From sequence record MT708547.1: 64,000 bases of DNA. One strand, 5' to 3'. This document shows positions 16,721-24,940 of the stretch, in pieces (position 1 is the stretch's first letter; each line of letters opens with the position of its first letter). The notes under the pieces are model-generated. The model made no database searches. It was not told where the DNA came from and saw only the letters and a program-made list of their open reading frames with translations. The position numbers were made by a program, and so were the translations under genes.

Positions 16721-17143
16721 ATGAAAAAATCAACTAAAATTGTCTTAGGTGTATTTGTTGTTCCGGCAGTCGCCTTTTTTACTTGTGCTATGATTTTTGG
16801 TGATGCTTCTCGGGTTGCCGCAAAAATCGAAAAAGAAAAACAAGTCCAGGCACAAGTCAAGAAAGAAGAAAAACCAAATTATAACACTGTATGGGAAGCA
16901 ATTTGCCATACCAGTACAGGTAAACGAATTTCCATCCTTACAGCAATGAATAATGGAAAATCAATCGTCGGAAACGAATACATGGAAGTGACTTCCAGTA
17001 CTGGTAAAGAATTCGTAATGACGAACTATAATAACAATAATGTTGCAATTGTTACACAGGATTTTAAAGGTAATGCAGTACTTGAATATCATACGGAATA
17101 TGAAGTAATATTTGCAAAATGCACGTTTGAATGGGGTGCATAA
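16721..17143 (+). CDS. N-terminally membrane-anchored protein
   Basis: hydrophobic IVLGVFVVPAVAFFTCAMIF. Confidence 0.8.
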   Translation: MKKSTKIVLGVFVVPAVAFFTCAMIFGDASRVAAKIEKEKQVQAQVKKEEKPNYNTVWEAICHTSTGKRISILTAMNNGKSIVGNEYMEVTSSTGKEFVMTNYNNNNVAIVTQDFKGNAVLEYHTEYEVIFAKCTFEWGA

Positions 17144-17163
17144 AAATAAAAAAAAATCAAAAA

Positions 17164-17198
17164 GGGGGGTTGACATATGTCAGCCCCTTTGCTATTAT
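17164..17198 (+). promoter_or_regulatory. Terminator/promoter hybrid
   Basis: GGGGTTGAC-ATAT-GTCAGCCCC-TTT containing TTGACA-17-TATTAT. Confidence 0.8.
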
Positions 17199-17203
17199 TA
17201 ATA

Positions 17204-17252
17204 TCAAGAAAACAAGCTAACCCACAGGGTGCATAAATGTATCTATAGTTTA
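17204..17252 (+). ncRNA. Short-RNA family copy L
   Basis: ACCC-ACA-GGGTGC-N6-GTATCTATAGTTT; stem 1 degenerate. Confidence 0.6.
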
Positions 17253-17324
17253 TTAAAGAATTTTAGTACTTGACAACGTAGTACAGTAGTACTAAAATAT
17301 CTACATACAAAGGAGATTACCAAA

Positions 17325-17909
17325 ATGAACAAACATCTTAAAGTACTGAATAAATGTAAATCCAATACCGAAATGTTACTGTACTGTTACAAAAATTTAA
17401 TTAAACTCGGGAGAGGTTCATCCAGGACAGTATTTTTGTTAACAAAAAATAAAGTACTGAAAGTTGCTCATAACCATATTGGCAACCAACAGAATACAGC
17501 AGAAATCACTGCATGGTTGTATATTGATTATGACCGCTATTATAATAAACGTTTTTTCGCTAAAGTGTTCCCTGATATGTCGCATTTCAAAGATGTATAC
17601 ATAGTACAGGAGTACTGCGACAATATCAGTACTAAAGAAGCGAAGCCATATATTGAACATTACAAAGATTCACGTACAATTAAAAATGAAAGGGCTAAAC
17701 GCTTCCACACGGCGTTAAGAGATGTAGATAATACCCTTAACTATAAAACGCTGGTGGACTTAAACATGGGCAATATAGGCCGTTCTGTAAGGGGTGCAAT
17801 CAAAATCCGTGATTATGGTTTGTCTGAACATATTGCTAAACAGTACCGAGAAGCCCGCTTCCAATACCAGAAGCTCAAAAGTATTAGTAAAATAAGTATT
17901 GATTTATAA
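17325..17909 (+). CDS. Minimal Ser/Thr protein kinase-like protein
   Basis: LGRGSSRTVF (Gly loop), VLKVA (Lys), AE (alphaC), YIVQEY (hinge), DLNMGNIG (catalytic D..N), IRDYG (DFG-like). Confidence 0.75.
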   Translation: MNKHLKVLNKCKSNTEMLLYCYKNLIKLGRGSSRTVFLLTKNKVLKVAHNHIGNQQNTAEITAWLYIDYDRYYNKRFFAKVFPDMSHFKDVYIVQEYCDNISTKEAKPYIEHYKDSRTIKNERAKRFHTALRDVDNTLNYKTLVDLNMGNIGRSVRGAIKIRDYGLSEHIAKQYREARFQYQKLKSISKISIDL

Positions 17910-17975
17910 TTTCAGTACTGGTATAGTACTTTCACAGGGGAGATAATCTCCCCAAATCACAAAGGAGATTTTACC

Positions 17976-18338
17976 ATGAGTACTAAACCATTTGTAACCA
18001 CTCGTTCCAATCTGACTGAGATCTATGTACATGGTGGATATGAGGAAACGTATGTCACTGGTATTATGGTAGAATTCCATCAGGGTTATCGGTTTATGTT
18101 GGTAGATTCAGAAATCTATCATACCCAACAAGATAAACATGGTTATGTCAATAAGTACTCCACCGATGAAGTACTGAAACGCCTGGATAATAAAATTAAA
18201 CAAATTCAAAAACATCTTGACAACGGCGGAAAACTTAATCATTTACTTTGGGATAGCTTAGATCCCTGCTACGGTTCGGATGCATATGGTAAAAGCCGTG
18301 ACACTGCAATGAAAGTACTTAAAGATTATTTCTTTTAA
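17976..18338 (+). CDS. Hypothetical protein
   Basis: cassette + SD. Confidence 0.85.
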   Translation: MSTKPFVTTRSNLTEIYVHGGYEETYVTGIMVEFHQGYRFMLVDSEIYHTQQDKHGYVNKYSTDEVLKRLDNKIKQIQKHLDNGGKLNHLLWDSLDPCYGSDAYGKSRDTAMKVLKDYFF

Positions 18339-18429
18339 GTATTGACATAGGTTATCAGTACTGTATAATGTTTTGCATACACAAGAGATTCCAGTGCTGG
18401 AATCTCTAATCTAAAGGAGAATACCGAAA

Positions 18430-18711
18430 ATGATTACTGGTCACATTACTAACTATGCAAAACGCCGCGATGTAGAAATCGAAGTACTGAAAGCTGGCGA
18501 AGTTGACGATGACGCCCAGGTATGGTTCTACACCGCAGACAATGATTGTGAACCAGTACTGATGTACCTGATTAATAATGATGGTTCTCTTACTTATCGT
18601 AGCAAACTGATGAAGTCACTGGAAGATATGCCAGCACATATCAATAATAAAGAAGTACTGAAACGCGTAATCTGCTACATCTCAGACCAGCACAAAGCGG
18701 ATATGATGTAA
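18430..18711 (+). CDS. Hypothetical protein
   Basis: cassette + SD. Confidence 0.85.
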   Translation: MITGHITNYAKRRDVEIEVLKAGEVDDDAQVWFYTADNDCEPVLMYLINNDGSLTYRSKLMKSLEDMPAHINNKEVLKRVICYISDQHKADMM

Positions 18712-18724
18712 TCTTTACAAATAT

Positions 18725-18758
18725 GGGGGTTGACTAATGTCAGCCCTTTTGGTATTAT
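18725..18758 (+). promoter_or_regulatory. Terminator/promoter hybrid
   Basis: GGGGTTGAC-TAAT-GTCAGCCC-TTTT containing TTGACT-17-TATTAT. Confidence 0.8.
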
Positions 18759-18763
18759 ATATT

Positions 18764-18815
18764 CAATCCAGCGAAATGGTCTAACCCTCAAGGGTGCCGA
18801 TATGTATCTATAATT
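18764..18815 (+). ncRNA. Short-RNA family copy M
   Basis: CCA-GCGAAA-TGG; ACCC-TCAA-GGGTGC-N6-GTATCTA. Confidence 0.65.
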
Positions 18816-18961
18816 TAATGATTTGAAGTACTGAAAAATAATTATAAAAAGTACTTGTATTTGTGATTCAGTACTGCCATAATATATCCATACAAGGGAA
18901 ACACATTGTTTCCCGATAATCCACAGCAATAGTGCTGGTGGATGAACCAGGAGTAATAACC

Positions 18962-19258
18962 ATGCAAGACAAATCAATTCATGTTCAAGTAGTTTCAAGC
19001 CGTGGCTATGATGATGTAGTACTGGATATCATGGTTAAAGATCTGCGGGACTATGCAACCATTGCACGTCATATCATGGTTAACTCCATTTGTATCAGTA
19101 CTGGTGCAGACCTGGAAGCTAACCGCTTACATATAGAGGAACATCTATACAAAGCACGTATGAATGATAGCAGTGTATTCATCATTGAAGGTGCTGAGGG
19201 TAAAGAGTATACCGTATACCTTCGCCAGTACCTGGAAGCAGAAAAAGAAGAAGATTAA
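18962..19258 (+). CDS. Hypothetical protein
   Basis: AGGAG SD. Confidence 0.85.
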   Translation: MQDKSIHVQVVSSRGYDDVVLDIMVKDLRDYATIARHIMVNSICISTGADLEANRLHIEEHLYKARMNDSSVFIIEGAEGKEYTVYLRQYLEAEKEED

Positions 19259-19353
19259 TTTATAAAAAGTACTTGCTTTAATAGTTCAGTACTGTATACT
19301 GTTTATCAAGGGGAAGCATAGGGCTTTCCCGTTACACTCAAAGGAGATACACC

Positions 19354-19752
19354 ATGTTTACTATCACTTCTCGCCAGGATGTTCTGTACGTTGCTAAAAC
19401 TTTTGGTCTGGAAGCACTCGATCATATCATTCGCAACAGTACAATGAATGCTGATGCAAATGGGATTATCATTGATACTCGGGCATGGGCCGCCAATGAA
19501 GTCATTGCCATCGAGCATGTTAACGATGGTAACAATGTCTATGAAGTGGATGCATGTTTCAATGCTGTTAATGTAGCAGGTATGTATATCACTGGCATTG
19601 ATGATATTACTATCATCCGTTCGGGTATGGGTAACTTCTCCATGCCTTTACGTTCAGCAATGGAAAGTAAAGAGATCAGTACAGAACAATGTGCAAATTT
19701 AATCAATGAGATTACCGCACGTAATGAAGCTGCTGCTATCCTTTACCCGTAG
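19354..19752 (+). CDS. Hypothetical protein
   Basis: cassette + SD. Confidence 0.85.
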   Translation: MFTITSRQDVLYVAKTFGLEALDHIIRNSTMNADANGIIIDTRAWAANEVIAIEHVNDGNNVYEVDACFNAVNVAGMYITGIDDITIIRSGMGNFSMPLRSAMESKEISTEQCANLINEITARNEAAAILYP

Positions 19753-19771
19753 TAGTTCAGTACAGTACTGT

Positions 19772-19805
19772 AAGCCCATAGGATAAACCCTGTGGGCTTT
19801 TTCTT
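19772..19805 (+). terminator. Terminator closing the cassette region
   Basis: AAGCCCATAGG-loop-CCTGTGGGCTT-TTT. Confidence 0.8.
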
Positions 19806-20054
19806 TATGGGTAATATGATTGGGTAGGTTATGGTATAAGTACTGTCAGAATTGATTACAGGAGGATAACAGAAAAATTGATTAATTGATTTCAGTACTG
19901 AACTGTCATTGAGAAAAAATATTAGTCAAAAAATAATTGACTTAGAAAATAATTAAACCAATACCTTATACTGTATGAAATAGTTTCGGACTGTTATTAT
20001 ATATTTGACTAAGTAAAGTGGTATTAGGCTTAGCACTTTTATATAGTATTACAG

Positions 20055-20145
20055 TACTGAATACTTATATCATTCTGTGCACTATTCTGTACACTATTCT
20101 GTACTGAATACTTATATCATTCTGTACACTATTCTGTACTACACT
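20055..20145. repeat. Compound tandem repeat
   Basis: TACTGAATACTTATATCATTCTGT x2 interleaved with (G/A)CACTATTCTGT x3. Confidence 0.85.
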
Positions 20146-20171
20146 AATTGAAATTCATGGATATAAAACCC

Positions 20172-20200
20172 TTGCCTCTTCAATAAAAGTGTGCTATGAT
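20172..20200 (+). promoter_or_regulatory. Plain sigma70-type promoter (no AGTACT); similar at ~20907, 21955, 24880, 28740, 33738, 35926, 46413, 60560
   Basis: TTGCCT-17-TATGAT; e.g. TTGACA-17-TATTAT at 21955. Confidence 0.7.
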
Positions 20201-20245
20201 GTAATTAATATGTGTGTTTCTATTATGTGAAATTATGGGTACAAA

Positions 20246-20434
20246 ATGAAAACCAGACCGTATCACACTGAAATAAAAGAAGCTTTTTATAATGGTAATC
20301 CATTAAGAAGTATTGAATTAGTTTTGCTTCGTAATTTAGGTACATCATCACAAGAAGAGTGTGCTCAAGAATATATAAATCGTTTGATATATAATGTAAA
20401 GTACAAAGCAAAAGGCATTTTTATCATTACTTAA
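20246..20434 (+). CDS. LGTxxQ family
   Basis: IELVLLRNLGTSSQ..EYI. Confidence 0.75.
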   Translation: MKTRPYHTEIKEAFYNGNPLRSIELVLLRNLGTSSQEECAQEYINRLIYNVKYKAKGIFIIT

Positions 20435-20502
20435 ATCGTAATACATAAAGAATTAGATGATATTTAATGCTGCACTAATATCTTGACTCTTTTTTTCTAC
20501 AA

Positions 20503-20748
20503 TTGTATATAACAGGAATAGTAATGCAGCCTAAATTAATAAATTTTATAAAATTTGATTCAATGGTTAGTAAATCATGTAAAGAGCATATAAAAATATA
20601 TTCAATTAAACCTAATACTGTTAGGATGAGAGAAATCTATTTACTTCATGCATTGGGTACTAATGTACAATATAGGTACTCATTGCAGTACATTGATGCA
20701 TTAATGAAAGAAATAAAAGGAAAGTGTATGTATGTATATTACTACTAA
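20503..20748 (+). CDS. LGTxxQ family
   Basis: REIYLLHALGTNVQ..QYI. Confidence 0.7.
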   Translation: MYITGIVMQPKLINFIKFDSMVSKSCKEHIKIYSIKPNTVRMREIYLLHALGTNVQYRYSLQYIDALMKEIKGKCMYVYYY

Positions 20749-20890
20749 TACGAATTATGAGAAGTTCAGATTTTCAGTAAAAGACTGGAATGATCCTCCT
20801 GTGGTACTGAAAGAATTCGAAACATTAGAAGAAGCATTAACGTTTATCAAGACCAACAATTATCTTTGTGTAGAAAATTTATCAATTTGA
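20732..20890 (+). CDS. Hypothetical protein (52 aa; not in ORF track)
   Basis: open frame filling gap. Confidence 0.5.
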   Translation: MYITTNTNYEKFRFSVKDWNDPPVVLKEFETLEEALTFIKTNNYLCVENLSI

Positions 20891-20988
20891 CTAACCTTTG
20901 TTTGCATTAAAAGTAGACAAAGGTTTTTCTTTTTGCTATGATATCAGTACTACATAATTGTATCAACTCATTGGTGAGGAATCAAAAA

Positions 20989-21387
20989 ATGGCAAAGAAA
21001 AAGAAAAAGATTGACAGAACATTACGGCATCCTAAGTACAGAGTTCAATATCATGATAGTGAACAGATAGAAGTAGATTTGGGAGGTGGAAGTAGGTTAA
21101 AATATGCTAACAATGCATATGTGAATAATAAATTTGTATTAACATTGTATAAAAATTTCAAGTATCATTCAAGTAATGATCTTCTTGATTATACATTTAT
21201 TAGTACTGAAGAAGAATTATTTCAGCATTCTTTGCTGTGTACTGTTTATATTGATTTTTCTGTACTGGTACAGTTACAGAAAGCTTTAAAGCATCAAATG
21301 TATCAATATATTTTTCCAAATAAACTGGAAATGATTAATATGAAGAATAGATATGTTTTGGATATTACTGGTACTGAAATTGTTTAA
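20989..21387 (+). CDS. FQYST family
   Basis: STEEELFQHSL. Confidence 0.8.
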   Translation: MAKKKKKIDRTLRHPKYRVQYHDSEQIEVDLGGGSRLKYANNAYVNNKFVLTLYKNFKYHSSNDLLDYTFISTEEELFQHSLLCTVYIDFSVLVQLQKALKHQMYQYIFPNKLEMINMKNRYVLDITGTEIV

Positions 21388-21412
21388 TAACAATTATAAC
21401 TAATGAGCCAAA

Positions 21413-21940
21413 ATGAAAATTAATATCAAAGATGATAGTGAATTAAGTACATTAGTACAAGATATATGTACTGTATACAATAAGATGAAATCTGTAACTA
21501 AAGATAAAGGAAGGATAGATGTATTACGCGGTGAATACAGATTTAATCATATATTGAGTAAAAATTTATCTGTACTGCAAACTTGTATTAGTAATGTTCA
21601 ATACAATATCATTGAATACGGTTCTTTCTTTTCTGATTACTGCTATGATAATATGATAAAGATTGATAATACTGGTAATATTTTGGATGTTTATTTAGCA
21701 CCGAATAGTCCAGTATTAGAAATTATTAAAATTGGTGATATTAATAACACGTTGGAACACATTGAATTGCCTCCAAGGTCTACTGAGATGACAGAGGAAT
21801 ATGTATTCCAATTAAGTACAGTACATGAATATTTTTCTGCTATTATAATGATCACAGAGTTAAAGAAAAGAATTAATCGCAAGATGCGTGTTCATGTACC
21901 TGATTTCAGTACTGAATTGATCAAGTACATTGAGCATTGA
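21413..21940 (+). CDS. FQYST family
   Basis: TEEYVFQLSTV. Confidence 0.8.
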   Translation: MKINIKDDSELSTLVQDICTVYNKMKSVTKDKGRIDVLRGEYRFNHILSKNLSVLQTCISNVQYNIIEYGSFFSDYCYDNMIKIDNTGNILDVYLAPNSPVLEIIKIGDINNTLEHIELPPRSTEMTEEYVFQLSTVHEYFSAIIMITELKKRINRKMRVHVPDFSTELIKYIEH

Positions 21941-22026
21941 GATATAAAATGTCTTGACATTGGCTTTTCTTTTTGCTATTATAATCATAAACCCGTATTA
22001 TCCTTTACAAAGAGTAAGAAAATAAA

Positions 22027-22665
22027 ATGACTACAAGTGAATTATCTGAACTGTTTGGGATTTTATCAGTACTGATGCCTAAGATTGAAAGTAATCCACA
22101 TCATTTATTGAGTCCAAAAGCACAATCTATTTTCAGTATTGAAAAGCGAATGGATCTGGAATACGAGGAACTTTGTGCTCGTTTGAAAGCTATTGCAAAT
22201 GATGAGATAATTCCAAAAGAATATCTTGTTAGTATCAATGAATTGAGTTCTTACACTCGTTGTGAAATCACTCGTCCTGAATATTATGATAGTGGTACTT
22301 GTAGTTATAAACGAGTATTAACAATGAAAGAAAATTCACATGATTTTAATGTAATTAATCTTACTGATGATGGTAAAGTGAAAGAAGTTATGTATCATCC
22401 TACATCAGAAGAAATTATGATCAACAAAGGTGGTGTTTGGGGAAGTCGACATAAAATTAAAATTCCTAATTACAAAGACTATGATGATGTTGATGCTTAC
22501 ATGTTTCAGTTAAGTACTGTAAAGAATATTAGTACTGAAGAAGAAAATATTATGAAGTTCTTTATGTTCTTACAGAAGTTTAAAAGTTCACGAAAGCGTT
22601 TGCCTAAATTTAGTACAAACATTAAACTGATTTCATTATCTAAACTGCTAGAGTTATATGACTAA
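22027..22665 (+). CDS. FQYST family
   Basis: DAYMFQLSTV. Confidence 0.8.
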   Translation: MTTSELSELFGILSVLMPKIESNPHHLLSPKAQSIFSIEKRMDLEYEELCARLKAIANDEIIPKEYLVSINELSSYTRCEITRPEYYDSGTCSYKRVLTMKENSHDFNVINLTDDGKVKEVMYHPTSEEIMINKGGVWGSRHKIKIPNYKDYDDVDAYMFQLSTVKNISTEEENIMKFFMFLQKFKSSRKRLPKFSTNIKLISLSKLLELYD

Positions 22666-22942
22666 AATTGAATACTATTCAGTACTGAATATACAGGAAG
22701 TATGCAATGAATTATACTTCACTCCTTATACAGAAGTATTGCGTTCTGTACTACAATCACTACAGAAGGAATTCAATGCAAAGTACAAAGGAACACCAGT
22801 ACGAACAAAAAACAATGAATTTGTCTATGAGACTGTAATTGATCATTATATTATATCGTTCATTGATTGTGTGTTCAAAACTGATATTGACTGGAACAGA
22901 TATTTTGATGAAACTGTTATGATCATTGGGGATAAAAAATGA
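22658..22942 (+). CDS. EY/FNxKY family
   Basis: MTKIEY..LQKEFNAKYKG. Confidence 0.8.
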   Translation: MTKIEYYSVLNIQEVCNELYFTPYTEVLRSVLQSLQKEFNAKYKGTPVRTKNNEFVYETVIDHYIISFIDCVFKTDIDWNRYFDETVMIIGDKK

Positions 22943-23220
22943 CTAAAGATGAATATAAATCTGTTTCTATTATTAGAAAAATGTGTGATTCTTTTTACAG
23001 AAATACAGAATACGGTACTGCTATGCGTTCAGTACTGAAGACGTTATCAAAAGATTTTACTCATAAGTATCATGGCCGAAAGATAAAAATTAATACTATT
23101 AATGCAGAATATTACACAAAAATTAAAAAGTACAAGATTACATTAGGTGAATGTGATTTTCGTACTAACACCGGAATTAATGGTTCATTTTTTGGTGATT
23201 ATGTGACGCTATGTGATTAA
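22939..23220 (+). CDS. EY/FNxKY family
   Basis: MTKDEY..DFTHKYHG. Confidence 0.8.
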   Translation: MTKDEYKSVSIIRKMCDSFYRNTEYGTAMRSVLKTLSKDFTHKYHGRKIKINTINAEYYTKIKKYKITLGECDFRTNTGINGSFFGDYVTLCD

Positions 23221-23290
23221 AAATGTTTTTTTACTTACCATGTTAGTACATAGATAAAACAACCATGATATTTAATATAAAGGAAACGTT

Positions 23291-23515
23291 ATGAAACAAT
23301 TTTTTAAAACCATCTGGAATTCACTGTTCAGTAAAAATGTTAGTACTGTTGATAGTACTATTACTACCAATCCACAAAGTACATACATTCCTGTATATAG
23401 CAATGAAAATCCATTCTATACAGAAGAAGAGAAGAAACAATGGATTGAAGATGAGATTCGTTTACGTAAAGAAGAAGCAGAGCGTATGAAACTTGAAAAA
23501 AGTAATAAGAAATGA
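23291..23515 (+). CDS. Hypothetical protein
   Basis: AAAGGA SD. Confidence 0.75.
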   Translation: MKQFFKTIWNSLFSKNVSTVDSTITTNPQSTYIPVYSNENPFYTEEEKKQWIEDEIRLRKEEAERMKLEKSNKK

Positions 23516-23694
23516 AACCAATGCAACAAATAAATTCTGACTATTATTACAGTACTGTACAGTACAATATGTATTTAAGTTCTTTTATGAATTTAAAAAC
23601 GAGTTCAATAGACAAAGACGTATATGAAAGTATATTGGGTTGTTTGAATCATAGTATTCATAAATTATATAAATTAAAAGGTACGTTGGGATGA
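23512..23694 (+). CDS. QGKLP-type small protein
   Basis: ends LYKLKGTLG. Confidence 0.7.
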   Translation: MKPMQQINSDYYYSTVQYNMYLSSFMNLKTSSIDKDVYESILGCLNHSIHKLYKLKGTLG

Positions 23695-23873
23695 TTGATA
23701 ATTACCAGCAAATAAAAATACTATCTGAGTATTATAAAATTGATACTAATTATATAGTACGGATGCCTGTAGAGTTGGATGAATCTTTACATAAGTGGAG
23801 ATATTTTTCAGTATTAAATAATTTGAATTTTGTCATTAATAGTTTATATGAATTACAAGGTAAATTACCATGA
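23691..23873 (+). CDS. QGKLP-type small protein
   Basis: ends LYELQGKLP. Confidence 0.7.
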   Translation: MIDNYQQIKILSEYYKIDTNYIVRMPVELDESLHKWRYFSVLNNLNFVINSLYELQGKLP

Positions 23874-24217
23874 AATATAAACGATGTGATGATGGATATC
23901 TAGCTGCCAGGTATTACAGTAAATTTGTATCTACAACTAACAAAGATGATTTGTTATTGCTTATGTTAGTAGGTACAATTAAACAAGAAATGGCGGCGGA
24001 AAGATATATCAACACGTTAATACATAAAATGGTACTGAAACACAGGCTGGTTAAGATCAGGACTATTGGTGGTTATGAACCTTATAAATTTGGTGTATTT
24101 TATCTTGACAATACTAAATTAGCTGCTGCTGATTCTATTATAATTTGTGAGTCCATTGAAAAAGCGGTTCAGTACTGTAAAAATAATAATTATAAATTGA
24201 TTGGTACAGAGGTATGA
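23870..24217 (+). CDS. LGTxxQ family with C-terminal extension
   Basis: LMLVGTIKQ..RYI. Confidence 0.75.
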   Translation: MKYKRCDDGYLAARYYSKFVSTTNKDDLLLLMLVGTIKQEMAAERYINTLIHKMVLKHRLVKIRTIGGYEPYKFGVFYLDNTKLAAADSIIICESIEKAVQYCKNNNYKLIGTEV

Positions 24218-24220
24218 ATT

Positions 24221-24472
24221 ATGATGAGTTTAAAATTTTATGACCATTTACCAAAAAGTATTAAATTCAGTAATATACAATATTATACATTAGAAGATTG
24301 GGAAATGCATTATCGAAAGATACTTGGTTTTTCTTTGGGATTTGAAGAAACTGAGTACCAGGAAATACATTATAATTATTATATTGAAATATTAAAATGT
24401 ATGATACATAAAGATTATGAAATTTTAATTTCCAGATATATAGTGACGAGTAAAAATGGATCAAGAAATTAA
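24221..24472 (+). CDS. Degenerate LGTxxQ-like protein
   Basis: TEYQE..YYIEIL. Confidence 0.65.
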   Translation: MMSLKFYDHLPKSIKFSNIQYYTLEDWEMHYRKILGFSLGFEETEYQEIHYNYYIEILKCMIHKDYEILISRYIVTSKNGSRN

Positions 24473-24623
24473 GAAGAAGTTAACAGAACTTATTGAATCA
24501 TCTATTAAAGCCGAGGGTGCTTTCTTTGAGCACTACGATAAGTACGATAAAAAAGGACGAGTATTGTGGGAGAAGCGTAATAGTACCAGGAAGGAGTTGG
24601 ATGAATTTATTTCTAAATTGTGA
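24456..24623 (+). CDS. Hypothetical protein (55 aa; not in ORF track)
   Basis: open frame, overlaps neighbours. Confidence 0.55.
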   Translation: MDQEIKKKLTELIESSIKAEGAFFEHYDKYDKKGRVLWEKRNSTRKELDEFISKL

Positions 24624-24838
24624 GGAAATTAGTGAATAGTCCAAATGGTCGTGCATCTATATCCCAACTATATTTGTATAATCTTAAATTATCTTATATT
24701 ATAAAATCAATAAAAACTCAAAATAACTTCATTGGTTTGCCTAATTATGTAAGAGAAATGGAGATAGATTCATTTGTTAAGGATATGATAGAAATATATA
24801 AAATTCAAGGTAAGTTACCACCGTTTGATGCGTTGTAA
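24620..24838 (+). CDS. QGKLP-type small protein
   Basis: IYKIQGKLP. Confidence 0.65.
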   Translation: MRKLVNSPNGRASISQLYLYNLKLSYIIKSIKTQNNFIGLPNYVREMEIDSFVKDMIEIYKIQGKLPPFDAL

Positions 24839-24940
24839 TACTATTCACTTCATCCCCACCGTGTGTCTTTTTTAAACACTTGACTTCCAGTCAAATCTGT
24901 GTTATTGTTATCATTGTAATAATCAAAATGGTACAATATA

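Larger units (their letters stand above)
1458..19345 (+). promoter_or_regulatory. Dispersed family of >30 AGTACT-containing sigma70 promoter / 5' stem-loop / SD cassettes (PeSL-like)
   Basis: AAGTACTTG(AC/CA)-N-CAGTACTG(N)-TATAAT/CATAAT, then hairpin (e.g. GGGATAC-ATAG-GTATCCC, GGGAATGAA-T-TTCATTCCC, GAGATTCCA..TGGAATCTC), then AGGAG before most genes. Confidence 0.9.

Noticed and set aside
17218-17232. EcoKI site in the short-RNA core
   Set aside because: Spacing is AAC-N7-GTGC, not N6
18-18815. Short-RNA cores as a CRISPR array or type I-C repeat mimics (GGGTGC)
   Set aside because: Dispersed on both strands, no spacers, and they lack the 5' GCACCC arm and ATTGAAA tail of I-C repeats
1458-19345. 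LexA boxes from CAGTACTG repeats
   Set aside because: No CTG-N10-CAG arrangement found at the sites checked
1-20000. Homologs of T5 A1/A2/Dmp or T7 Ocr
   Set aside because: No ORF matches them by eye
20055-20145. Mini-CRISPR
   Set aside because: Pure tandem duplication without unique spacers
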